A DNA stretch of 64,000 nucleotides, from positions 14,144 to 78,143 of the forward strand of contig MCFE01000421.1 of the NCBI GenBank assembly GCA_002104905.1, given 5' to 3'. Positions 39,816-50,760 of this stretch are shown one piece after another (position 1 is the stretch's first letter; the number at the start of each line of letters is the position of its first letter). This DNA comes from Basidiobolus meristosporus CBS 931.73 (taxonomy: Eukaryota > Fungi > Basidiobolomycota). The notes beneath the pieces are model-generated. The model did not search any database. It had not been told where the DNA came from and saw only the letters and a program-made list of their open reading frames with translations. The translations under genes and the position numbers were made by a program.

Positions 39816-40538
39816 AGTATGGTGTGGCGGAATATTCCTAACACCACATCTATAAAGGTTAAATTTCTTCAATTTTGTTCGAAGCAAGCCTTCATCTCTC
39901 ATTTTTGAATAAACCTAATTCCAAATATGAACACAAATTTAACACCGTTATAGTCAGCAATGTTATGAATTTAACCCGGATAACGTGGTAACGAACACCA
40001 ACATATATGGTTGCCAAGAGTGCTCTGTTCAGTTGAAACATTGGCTGTATATGGAGTTGATCTATTCATGCAGACAAATGACCTATCTCTACATGGGTTC
40101 ATTGACGGTCACCGTTGGCGTTGAGTTTGCCTACTCAGGCCAGCCTTTTCTATGCAATAACGATATCGCAAGGCATTCAGATGCTTAAGGAATTTCTCGC
40201 TTTAATGCTTCAGGCTAAGTGATCAAAACCGAGGTCATAGGATGTGGCAAAGCCGAGATGTCAGGTATTTATTGATAATTTTATGATTGGGACAGAATCG
40301 TAGATATATTGAATAAGTGGCGCTTCAGATTGGGTCTGATTGACGATGAGGAGCCTCACGCATTTGGGGTATTATCAAATTTATAGGTACATCAGGAAAG
40401 CACCAATCGCAACGATCAATCCTGACGAAGGTTCAACTACTGCTCCGGAATTCACCTTGCTTGTGCTTCTTGAGCTTACGCCCGAGTTGACTGAGCTAGG
40501 ACGTATGCTATAAGTAAAATTGTGGATTAAGATAAGCT

Positions 40539-40904
40539 TCAGATGGGATCGAGTATATTGGGATCAGCGTACCTGCTCTGCGCTCCAGATACTGGTGCGG
40601 AAGGTACCGCAGTGTTGGATTCAGTGCTGAATCCAGTAGGAGTGGAGCGGATGGCAGAGCTACCGGATGAACTACTTGGCGATAAACTACTTGCGGAGGC
40701 ACCCGGCGAAGAGGTCAGCAGGAATGAAGGGGTCGGGATAACGAGAGAACTTGAGCTTGCGGATGGGATTGCGTTTGTTGGAACGCTTTGGCTGGCGGAC
40801 GGTAAAGCGGGTGTGCTGGACCCTGCGCCTATAGCTCCTTCATTACTGACTTGAGCCATCACGACAGTGCTTAGGATAAGTGCGAAGAATTGCTGGATGA
40901 GCAT
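40539..40904 (-). CDS. Small secreted Ser/Thr/Pro-rich protein, 121 aa
   Basis: Hydrophobic signal peptide MLIQQFFALILSTVVMA followed by a low-complexity S/T/P tract; no clear GPI signal. Confidence 0.6.
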   Translation of the reverse strand: MLIQQFFALILSTVVMAQVSNEGAIGAGSSTPALPSASQSVPTNAIPSASSSSLVIPTPSFLLTSSPGASASSLSPSSSSGSSAIRSTPTGFSTESNTAVPSAPVSGAQSRYADPNILDPI

Positions 40905-43374
40905 GGTTGTTTGTTAATACTAAATCGATGGCTCAGAAGATGGACTTACTTGAAGATCTGGCGACAAACATTTATAATTCACAGGTTGGGGACAGCGCTT
41001 TAGATCTCTTACAGATACTTCCCCTGGAACGTGTCTTCACCTCCTATCATCGCTACACCCTGCAAATCATCCCTTTCTCCTAATCAAGGGTCGAACGATC
41101 TACTTTGAGCTTTTGATGTAGACCCTTCACTCTAGCATTACCTATCGTTCGCCAGGGAAGTTATAGCATTCACCAATCGCATGTATTACCAACATCCTAT
41201 GAATGGATCTCCATATATTACGTCAAATAAGCGCTATAGGTGCAGAGCCACCGTTGCTTACCTCGATCTACAGTCGTCTTGGTAGCTCTATTGCGAGCAG
41301 GTGTGCCATTAGCTCTTGCTTACGGACATGGTATGTCCCAACATGCATATTCTATTAGAAATGCAACCGCGACGCGAGTTAGGCCGCCCTGCGACTCCTG
41401 GCGCATCGCTTACACTTGCTAGATTGCTTTACTGTTGTAGCATCCTATTTCTAAAATACAAGAATTACGTATCAGAGCTTTCTATGCAACTAGGATACAT
41501 ATAGCCCAGGGGATCGACAATCAAGAAATCATGCTTAATGTTTGAGCCGGAATATATAAGGCCGTAAGATATTTGCAATCGCGGAGTTATGGTTGATTCC
41601 GGGATAATTTAGGGCACTGAAGCCTCAACATAGGGACATATTGGCACGTCAGTAAAATTATTATGTTGATCTACCCACGCCCCATACGAGTGTAGCCAAT
41701 TTAGCGCAAACGAAAAACTACTGCCAGGGATAGGAGCGAGGAATCCTCGTCCAAATGAAAGAAATGCCTGCGGTCTGACAAATAGCTGGAGCCTACATTA
41801 TCACTACAAGCCCAATCAAATTCATGGATTCCGTAAGGAGATAAATCCGGTAGTCGGTAGTAGTAATACTACGATTGGAATCACATATTCGCCGAAGGGA
41901 GCCAGCAATCACCGATCCGCTTCGCTTGTAGGAATTCTCTTCATGCACGTAGGCTCAGTGCTAACTACTTTGGGGGCCCTACATCTACCCAGAAGGCTGA
42001 GTCATAAGTGCAAACTCAGCAGTTTGGGTAGATATCACATGCCCAGCACATACAATCGTTATTCCGGAGCATATATTGTATTACAATGGTTAAGGCCATC
42101 CTTGCGATCTATTTAGGAAAAAAAACCAAATATTCCAAAATAGAAATCGTCATTACCCGGCAATCAGATAGCTCGACCAAAAAGTCAATATCTGTACTCA
42201 CCAAACCACTTGAATTTTCAATTGACTGAGCTGATCTATGCAATTTGTAGAGACATCACGAATTCACCCGTATGACTCTAGAGCAAGAGTCAAAACTCTA
42301 TCGAAACTTAATTTCCATTTCAGGGGATTAAACTGGGTAACATTGATATCGGACTAATTTGGTTTTGGTTAGCCTAAATGTTGCTTTCCAATGATGCAGC
42401 CATCTAAACACTGGGTTTATTGGTCGAAACTCCAGTAGCTAGTGTATCGTACACGGGTGATTATTTTCTCTCCAGAATCTCGTTGGTTACCCTCTTCTCG
42501 GAGACACCATCTGTTTATTTTCCTAAAGTTTTTTTTCAATAACAATTGTTGCCCAGAGCCTAGCTCAGTGCCATTTGCAGCACCAGAATCACAATTCTGG
42601 TTGTCTCCGCCATATACGTGGAAGCCACCCGTAAATTACAATACCAATAGGATGGACACTGCTCACAGGTCCGCGATTTCGAGATCTCCGATACTTCCAG
42701 GGCTGCATTCAGGCTCGTTGAAATAACATGCATCCCAGCCTCTTCCCCGAATTTCTTTCCATGATGATCCAGGTGGATTGGACTCCACATTGAATCCAAG
42801 AGCTGCTGCACACGAGCCCGCTGCCTTGCACGATTTTACATGGACATAACAGATATCGATCAGATGACTTCCTGTAGGCCAACAGTGCGTATGCGTGTAG
42901 GTCCTTGGTCGATCGAGGCTATTTGAAAACAAAGACCTTGGTTCTGGTCAATATTTTCCCGAAACTTGGGGCGAAGTGGTCGTGTTTGGGATCAAACAAA
43001 TAGATAGCAGCTCCAAACACATTGAAGCATATTCTATTTTCAAGTCGATCTCTATACCAAATTTAGACATCGGTCGGTTTAGCGCGCAAAAAGGTCAAGG
43101 TCAGTCTAACGTATTGGCCACAACCAAGTGCTGAGCCGAGAATCTAGAAATATTGTTCGATCCCAGCCAATTAATGCTCGAACTAGCCCACCACTTTCGG
43201 TGTTTGCTTTTGTTAGATATGTGAGCGGTTCGGTAGATTCAGTATATATAACCAAGTGGGCGACCCATATGTCCCCAGGCTGTCAACTGCCAGCTTATAT
43301 AGCTGCTCCTAGTATTCAGACTAAAAGTTTTCTGTCCAAGAATCCATTTTTATACCTGCCACACGCCTCCAACC

Positions 43375-44670
43375 ATGACTGAAGAGAATCCATCCTCTTT
43401 CGCCGAAAAGGAAATACACCAATTCGAATACGAAGAAGTTACGACACATGAAAGAACAGGCTCATCCCTAGGAGCCTATTACAACATCGTGTCCATCATT
43501 GCGGGTACTGGTACACTTCAGCTACCATTCGCTCTGAGACAAGCTGGTTGGGCTGGCATCATCATTATCTTGATTGCTACCCTAATGGCCATTTACACCG
43601 GCAGTCTACTTATCAAATGCTTGTACTATGATGGCATCAGCAGACTCCCAGATTTCCCGGCCATAGGCCAAGCTGCTTTCGGCAGGCCTGGTAAATATTT
43701 CATTCGTATCTTTCATTACTCCATTCTTCTGGGCTGTACCTGCGTCTATATTATGCTAATCGGATACAATATCAATCTGTTGTTGGAGATGGTTGATGTA
43801 ACCATTGGATTGAAGGCTTGGATCGCAATTGCTGGCTGTATCGTATTAATCCCCTACTTGTTCCTCAAGACAGTCAAGGAGGTTGCCTGGTTAAGTGCCA
43901 TGGGTGTCTTGACTACTAGCCTGGTAATCATTATAAGCGTAGCTGTCGGACTGATTCAGCTGAAGTCACACCATCTCCACTACGACCATAACATTGTGAA
44001 TTGGTCGCAATTGCCAATTTCTCTGGGCTCTATTTGCTTCTCGTTTGGAGGCAATGTTATTTATCCTCACGTAGAGGCCGGAATGAAGAACCCAAATGCG
44101 TGGAACAAAGTCCTGACATGCGCTATTTTAACCGTTTGCAGCATGTATTTGTTGATTAGTATCCCATGCTACTACGTATTCGGTGTTATCACCGAAAGTC
44201 CGATCTACAACAATCTAGAAGCTGGAGGTGCCAAAGTCGCAGCCATCCTGCTGATCACTATACACATTGTGATGGCCTCCCCGCTCTACCTTACCAGCTT
44301 TGCTAACGAAATGGAAGAAATGCTAAAGATCGATAGGAAGCATCATAGCAAGGCCCGAGAGTTTGTGCTCAGGTGTCTTCTCCGTGCGTTCATCCTGACC
44401 TGTCTTACGCTGGTGGCCATGTTTGTCCCCGTTATAAGTGATTTCATGTCACTTATCGGATCCTTGTCCTATTCCATTATTTTGTTCATGGCACCAGTCG
44501 TGCTATATATCAAACTTTATGGTTTCAAGAAGCTTGCCAAGTGGGAGATGCTCGTCTGTCCCCTAATTATTCTAATTTCCCTTACCGCATGTATCCTAGG
44601 AACAAAAGATGCGGTGATTCAGTTAAAGGCTAGTCTGAGAGCGTTACACGATACCCATACAACCCACTAA
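43375..44670 (+). CDS. Amino acid/auxin permease (Aa_trans, AVT1-like), 431 aa, intronless
   Basis: NIVSIIAGTGTLQLPFALRQAGW, FSFGGNVIYPHVEAGMKNP, ~11 hydrophobic segments. Confidence 0.93.
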   Translation: MTEENPSSFAEKEIHQFEYEEVTTHERTGSSLGAYYNIVSIIAGTGTLQLPFALRQAGWAGIIIILIATLMAIYTGSLLIKCLYYDGISRLPDFPAIGQAAFGRPGKYFIRIFHYSILLGCTCVYIMLIGYNINLLLEMVDVTIGLKAWIAIAGCIVLIPYLFLKTVKEVAWLSAMGVLTTSLVIIISVAVGLIQLKSHHLHYDHNIVNWSQLPISLGSICFSFGGNVIYPHVEAGMKNPNAWNKVLTCAILTVCSMYLLISIPCYYVFGVITESPIYNNLEAGGAKVAAILLITIHIVMASPLYLTSFANEMEEMLKIDRKHHSKAREFVLRCLLRAFILTCLTLVAMFVPVISDFMSLIGSLSYSIILFMAPVVLYIKLYGFKKLAKWEMLVCPLIILISLTACILGTKDAVIQLKASLRALHDTHTTH

Positions 44671-45749
44671 GGGTTCGCATCGATACTGCTCTCGGCCTCA
44701 TTCTGTACGGGACTTGGTTTATATACTCATTTTAGCCGCCCCAGGTGTATGTTTAGTTCGAGTTTGCCAAATATTTGTATATAGTAATAGGTTGTACGCA
44801 ATAAATCATATTTTCGGTAGCTTTTTGTTCGGCTTTTGCCACCTACACATGGTGAATACATACTATTCGCGAATCACATGATCGCGAACTCTGGGGTCTA
44901 CCAGTTGGCTTTGTATTAGAGGGAAAACTTGAAGCTAAGTCCTGACTATGCTTAATTCTTTATATTTAGTAGGTGAATATTACGCTGCAAACAAAGATAC
45001 TTCGACAGGTGGAGTTTCACTCAGCGAGGAGTATGCAACTGCAATTTAGGCGGATTTACATCGATGAGGATCATTTCAAGTAACCGCTGATCAATGGAAA
45101 CAGGGTCTAGCTCATTAATTTGACTAGGCATCAGTCATATATTGCTGAATTCCCTTGGTTGTAAGGCACAAATTTAGCAGGGGGGAAAGTCACCAGCTTT
45201 GTGAAATCTTAATTTTTACCAAGTCGTGACATATAAACTCAAGTCAAAATAAAGAAGCCAACCAAGACTTGTTCAATCTCTTGAATGAATAATCTAAATT
45301 AAACTTTGTTTTTTTGTAAGTGTTTTGGAGATTTCTGAAGTGATTGGGAGGACAAGTAGATTATGGGGGTTTCACTCAATAATTTATTGAACTTAAAAGT
45401 AGTATTTATACTTTTGCATGATCTTAGCAATACACACATGTAGAATAAACTCAAGAAGGTCCCAAGAATATGTGTGCAAAGCTTGTGACTGTTTAGGCTG
45501 TTGTAAAAATTCGTATTTTCCACCTAAATATTCACCTAACTTAGTCACTTAGATCATCACCTTCAAATCCTAGAGAATACTGACCAAATTCCTTGTCGGG
45601 ATTTACTTAGAATATTTTCACCAAAATACCAGGTACCCAGAACATGAAAATTCTCAAAGTTGTCCAAACAGCCCCAAACTTTGCACACATGTTCTTGGGA
45701 CCTTCCTTAACCTATTCTACGTGTTTGTAGTGCCAAGACCATGTAAAAG

Positions 45750-45777
45750 TATAAATACTACTTTTACATTCAATAAA
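45750..45777 (+). promoter_or_regulatory. LTR TATA box (TATAAATA 45750-45757) and poly(A) signal (AATAAA 45772-45777)
   Basis: Both motifs recur at the same spacing in the family LTR copies. Confidence 0.6.
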
Positions 45778-45848
45778 TCATTAAGTGAAAACCACATAAT
45801 CTACTTGTTCTCCCAATCACTTCCAATATCTCCAAGACTCTTACAACA

Positions 45849-45860
45849 GGTTATGAGCCC
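45849..45860 (+). promoter_or_regulatory. Primer binding site for a half-molecule tRNAi-Met
   Basis: GGTTATGAGCCC directly after the LTR, the type used by Ty5 and Drosophila copia. Confidence 0.85.
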
Positions 45861-48800
45861 CGAGCTGTCACTCTCTGCAATGTCTACTACTGCTATTACT
45901 GGAATTTTTCCCTCTGCTGAAAAGTTGGATGGATCTAACTACCAAGTGTGGAAGGTGAAGATGAAGATGCTGCTGCAAGAAAGAGGCCTTTGGGATATTG
46001 TCATGGGAGAAGAATGCCCTCCTAAAAACGTGGGAGAGGAAGCCTTAAAGTACCAGAAGAAAGAACAAAGTGCCTTTAACTGCATTTGCCTTAATGTCAA
46101 GGACAAATTGCTAATTCAATGCTCAAGAGCAAAAATGGCAAAAAATGCCTGGAAAGCATTAGAAGACACCTACCAGTCATGTTCAGCTGCCAAGAAAATG
46201 TATCTGAGAAGAAAATTCTTTACTACAAAGATGCTGCCAGGAGAAGAAATGAAAAATCTAATTAACAGAATTACCCTGCTGGTAGATGAGATGGAATCTG
46301 TGGGCGTACCAACTACTGATGAGGATGTGATAGTTACCATCCTGAATAGCCTGACAGACGAGTTTCAGGGCCTTGTATCAGCCCTAGAGTCCAGAACTGA
46401 AGATTTGACCTTAAATTACGTATATGGAAGGCTCCTGGATGAAGAATTAAGAAAATCAAGCGCCAATAAGAAGGAAGAAGAAAATGCTTTAATAAGCAAT
46501 GATAACCAACAAAGGAGGTACCCAAGACCCTACAAAGGCAACAGCAACCTATTTTGCAACTACTGCAAAAGGAAAGGACACACATCAGACCGGTGTTTCA
46601 AAAAGAGAGATTATCAGCAAAAGAAGCCTGAATATGGAAATGCTGTAACAACTGAAGATAGACTATTCATATCTGCACTAAATATGACCACAAACAAGGA
46701 TTCTCAGACGTGGTATATTGACTCTGGAGCTTCTCAACACTTTACACACCAAAAAGAACTTTTTACCCAATATCAAGAAATTCCAATTAAGAAGGTTTTC
46801 ATGGGTGACGATAGAACACTTGATGCAGTGGGAGAAGGAACTATCCAAGTAAACCTTAGAAGCAGTGAAGGAAGCCATACACTGACCTTTAAAGAAGTAC
46901 TCTATGTACCAGAAATAGCCAAGAACCTACTCTCTGTAAGCAAGGCCACAGCAGAAGGACTCAGTTTCAGTTTTGACAATTCTGGATGCAGGATCACTGA
47001 TCAAAATGGTGCCCATATTGCTTCGGGCATCAGAGATCAGAACCTATACAAGTTGACTTATATTCCATCATATCTGGAAGCCAATATAAGTAACTTAAAT
47101 GAAGAAACACCAATGCTTTGGCACAGGAGATTTGGACACATCAATTTTGATTATTTGCGTAAAATGATCAAAGATCAGCTAATTTCTGGAGTGAAAATTG
47201 ATCCCCCAGCTAATTTGGAGCACTGTGAAGCCTGCATATATGGGAAACAAGCCAGACAACCGTTCAAGAGCTCTGGGTTAATCAAAACTAAGAAAAAATT
47301 AGATCTAATTCACTCAGATCTGTGTGGACCTATGCAAAATTTATCCTTAGGCGGGATGAAGTATTTAATCACTTTTATTGATGATTATACAAGATACACA
47401 TGGGTCTACTTCATGGAGAGAAAGGAAGAAGCTCTGTCTAAGCTCAGGGAGTTTAAAGCCATGGTGGAGAGAGAAACTGGTGAAAAAATCAAGAAAATAC
47501 GCTCTGACAATGGTGGAGAATATACCTCAAAACTCTTCATCCATTTCTGCAAAATTCATGGGATAAAGCAAGAGACTACTGTACCATACTCCCCACAGCA
47601 AAATGGAGTAGCAGAACGAGCTAACAGATCAATAATTGATATGGCAAGATCTATGATCCATGATCAAAAATTATCCTATGATTTTTGGGCGGAATCAGTT
47701 GCCACTGCTGTATATCTTAAAAATAGGAGTTATAACAGAATACTTCGTGATTCTACTCCATTTGAAGCATGGTATGGATACAGACCAAGTGCAGAACATC
47801 TAAGAATATTTGGGTGTACAGCATATGCCAAAAAACTGGCCGGAAATCAGTCAAAATTTGAGCCAAAAAGTGTAAAATGCATATTTTTGGGCTACTGCAA
47901 TGAGAGTAAGGCATACAGACTCTACAATACCGAAGCAAAGAAGCTGATCAAGTCCAGGGATGTGTTGTTTGATGAAAATTCAAAATTTTCACAAAAAATG
48001 ACATCAGATGATGACAAAAATTTGATCTCAAGTCCACCAATTGTCAGGATTGAATCAGAGCAAAACAATGAAAATTTTTTCACTCCAGAGGACTCTACAA
48101 CCGTGGTTCAGCCAGAATCAGTGCCCAGGAATATCCCAGAAGTGATCATTCCAGTATCAAATGCCCGGAGATCCAATCGGACAAGAAATAGCCCAAATTA
48201 CTATATCAATGAGGGTACAAACTTAGCCTATGCCTATTCAGTCCATGTTGATGAACCCCAGACTGTAAAAGAGGCCCTAAATAGCCCTCAGACGAAGTTT
48301 TGGAGATCTGCAATGACTGAGGAATATCAGGCCCTGATGGAAAATCAAACTTGGGACTTAGTCAAATTACCAATCAACCGAAAATCAATTGGATGCAGAT
48401 GGGTCTTTAAGACAAAATACAAGGCTGATGGTACAATTGAAAGATACAAAGCAAGACTTGTAGCCAAAGGTTACTCTCAAACAAAAGGACTTGACTATAC
48501 TGAGACCTTTGCACCGGTAGCCAAGTTTAATTCCATCAGATTAATATTGGCTATTGCAGCCAAATATAAGTTTTTTATTCATCAAATGGATGTAAAAACT
48601 GCATTTTTGAATGGAGAACTTGATGAGGACGTGTATATGGACCAGCCTGATGGGTTTGTTGACCAAGATAACCCCCATTTGGTCTGCAAGCTTAAAAAGT
48701 CACTATATGGTCTCAAACAATCACCGAGAGCCTGGAATTGCAAGATAGATTCTTATTTGGAATCTTTGAGTTTCAAAAGGAGTAATGCTGACTATAGTAT

Positions 48801-49824
48801 ATACTATAAGCCAGATAGAGCAAATCCAGTTCTATTAGCTCTATATGTGGATGATCTTATTATAGCCGCCAATAACCTAGAAACATTGGAAGAGACTAAA
48901 TCCAGCCTATCTAAGGAGTTCAAGATGTCCGATCTAGGAGAACTTAGTTACTACTTAGGGATTAAGTTCTCCATAGACAGAAGTACCCAGACTATTACCC
49001 TAAGTCAATCCAAGTATATTCAAGATATACTAAAGAAGTACAAAATGGAAGACTGTAAACCGGCAGCTACCCCAATGGAGACAAACCTTAACTTGGTCAA
49101 AACTCAACCAAATCAAGAGAGCTTGGTGCCATCTGAAAGCCCTGACTTTCCTTATCAATCTATGGTCGGCAGTCTGATGTATATCATGCTTGGAACACGT
49201 CCAGATATCTCATATTCAGTGGGAGTTGTCAGCCAACATAATCAGAATTATGGATCTGATCATATTGCAGCAGTTAAGCGGATTTTTAGATACCTAAAAG
49301 GAACTGCTGATATCTGCTTAAGATACACTTATAAGGATTCAGAACAGGATCTTGTGGGATACTCTGATGCTGATTGGGGACGAAATTTAGAAGACAGAAG
49401 ATCCACCACAGGATACACCTTTCTTTACTGTAAAGGAGCCATCTCATGGAATTCAAGAAAGCAACCAACCGTAGCACTTTCTACTACAGAGGCAGAGTAT
49501 ATGGCAGCCTGTGAAGCTACAAAAGAAGCAATGTGGTTAAGAAAGCTCTTTACAGATTTAGGCCTATGTCAAAAAACGCCCATTACTTTATTTCAAGATA
49601 ATCAAGGATGTATACAATTAGGTAGAAATCCAACTTTTCATGCTAGAACCAAGCACATAGATATTAGACATCATTTCATACGTGAAGCTATAGAGAATAA
49701 CTTAGTTAGCTTAGTTTACTGTCCTACAGATGAAATGATTGCAGACATATTTACCAAACCATTAGCTAGAGACAAGTTTGAATATTTTAGGTCAAAATTA
49801 GGACTAGTCAGTATGAACATTTAG
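45853..49824 (+). CDS. Copia gag-pol polyprotein, 1323 aa (Gag, CCHC, PR DSGA, IN HHCC/DDE, RT YVDD, RNase H)
   Basis: Uninterrupted single ORF in PR-IN-RT-RH order; the ATG lies inside the PBS. Confidence 0.97.
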   Translation: MSPELSLSAMSTTAITGIFPSAEKLDGSNYQVWKVKMKMLLQERGLWDIVMGEECPPKNVGEEALKYQKKEQSAFNCICLNVKDKLLIQCSRAKMAKNAWKALEDTYQSCSAAKKMYLRRKFFTTKMLPGEEMKNLINRITLLVDEMESVGVPTTDEDVIVTILNSLTDEFQGLVSALESRTEDLTLNYVYGRLLDEELRKSSANKKEEENALISNDNQQRRYPRPYKGNSNLFCNYCKRKGHTSDRCFKKRDYQQKKPEYGNAVTTEDRLFISALNMTTNKDSQTWYIDSGASQHFTHQKELFTQYQEIPIKKVFMGDDRTLDAVGEGTIQVNLRSSEGSHTLTFKEVLYVPEIAKNLLSVSKATAEGLSFSFDNSGCRITDQNGAHIASGIRDQNLYKLTYIPSYLEANISNLNEETPMLWHRRFGHINFDYLRKMIKDQLISGVKIDPPANLEHCEACIYGKQARQPFKSSGLIKTKKKLDLIHSDLCGPMQNLSLGGMKYLITFIDDYTRYTWVYFMERKEEALSKLREFKAMVERETGEKIKKIRSDNGGEYTSKLFIHFCKIHGIKQETTVPYSPQQNGVAERANRSIIDMARSMIHDQKLSYDFWAESVATAVYLKNRSYNRILRDSTPFEAWYGYRPSAEHLRIFGCTAYAKKLAGNQSKFEPKSVKCIFLGYCNESKAYRLYNTEAKKLIKSRDVLFDENSKFSQKMTSDDDKNLISSPPIVRIESEQNNENFFTPEDSTTVVQPESVPRNIPEVIIPVSNARRSNRTRNSPNYYINEGTNLAYAYSVHVDEPQTVKEALNSPQTKFWRSAMTEEYQALMENQTWDLVKLPINRKSIGCRWVFKTKYKADGTIERYKARLVAKGYSQTKGLDYTETFAPVAKFNSIRLILAIAAKYKFFIHQMDVKTAFLNGELDEDVYMDQPDGFVDQDNPHLVCKLKKSLYGLKQSPRAWNCKIDSYLESLSFKRSNADYSIYYKPDRANPVLLALYVDDLIIAANNLETLEETKSSLSKEFKMSDLGELSYYLGIKFSIDRSTQTITLSQSKYIQDILKKYKMEDCKPAATPMETNLNLVKTQPNQESLVPSESPDFPYQSMVGSLMYIMLGTRPDISYSVGVVSQHNQNYGSDHIAAVKRIFRYLKGTADICLRYTYKDSEQDLVGYSDADWGRNLEDRRSTTGYTFLYCKGAISWNSRKQPTVALSTTEAEYMAACEATKEAMWLRKLFTDLGLCQKTPITLFQDNQGCIQLGRNPTFHARTKHIDIRHHFIREAIENNLVSLVYCPTDEMIADIFTKPLARDKFEYFRSKLGLVSMNI

Positions 49825-50411
49825 CTGAGTGGGAGTGTTGTAAAAATTCGTATTTTCCACCTAAATATTCACCTAACTTAGTCACTTAGATCATCACCTT
49901 CAAATCCTAGAGAATACTGACCAAATTCCTTGTCGGGATTTACTTAGAATATTTTCACCAAAATACCAGGTACCCAGAACATGAAAATTCTCAAAGTTGT
50001 CCAAACAGCCCCAAACTTTGCACACATGTTCTTGGGACCTTCCTTAACCTATTCTACGTGTTTGTAGTGCCAAGACCATGTAAAAGTATAAATACTACTT
50101 TTACATTCAATAAATCATTAAGTGAAAACCACATAATCTACTTGTTCTCCCAATCACTTCCAATATCTCCAAGACTCTTACAACATAGGCAACATTGAGA
50201 AATTTCATGTTCTGGGTACCCAATAACTTAGTGAAAATATTTTGAGTAAATCCCAACAGGGAACCTAGTCAGAGTTCTCCAAGATTTACAGGTAATGACC
50301 AAAGTGACTAAGCTGTATGAATATTTAGTTGTAATTACAAGTTTTACAACACTTGCATTCAAACAAATTTTCATATCAACTAGTACTTATTGTGATCTAA
50401 AATATCCAAGT

Positions 50412-50760
50412 TGTTGTAGAAATTTGTAATTCCACCTAAATATTCTCCTAGCTTGGTCACATGGATCATTACCTACAAAACATAGTGAATACTGACCAAA
50501 TTCCTTGTCAGGATTTACCAGGAATATTTTCACCAAAACATCAGGTAACTGGAACATTAAAATTCTCAATGTTGCCTAAACAGTCACAAGCTTTGCACAC
50601 ATATTCTTGGGACCTGCTTATGCATATTCTACATGTGTGTATTGCCAAGATCCGGCAAAAGTATAAGTACTACTTTTAAGTTCAATAAATTATTGAGTGA
50701 AACCCACACAATCTACTAGTACTCCCAATCACTTTCATTATCTTCAAGACTCCTACAACA
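50412..50760 (+). mobile_element. Diverged solo LTR inserted in the RNase H end of the old copy
   Basis: TGTTGTAGAAATTTG...CCTACAACA; near-perfect TSD CAAGT/CAAAT. Confidence 0.9.

Larger units (their letters stand above)
45499..50185 (+). mobile_element. Intact Ty1/copia LTR retrotransposon, 4687 bp, recent insertion
   Basis: 350-bp LTRs 45499-45848 and 49836-50185 appear identical; TSD TAGGC; PBS 45849-45860; PPT 49827-49835. Confidence 0.98.

Noticed and set aside
45721-45852. 44-aa in-frame extension of gag starting at GTG inside the LTR (similar LTR ORFs at 24602, 54504, 45299, 7068)
   Set aside because: It begins upstream of the LTR TATA box (45750), so it would not be in the transcript. 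Its recurrence only reflects LTR copies.
46334-49477. Short antisense and alternate-frame ORFs repeated in each copia copy (e.g. 46334..46585, 2074..2325, 6725..6997)
   Set aside because: They recur because the copies are near-identical; there is no independent sign of coding.
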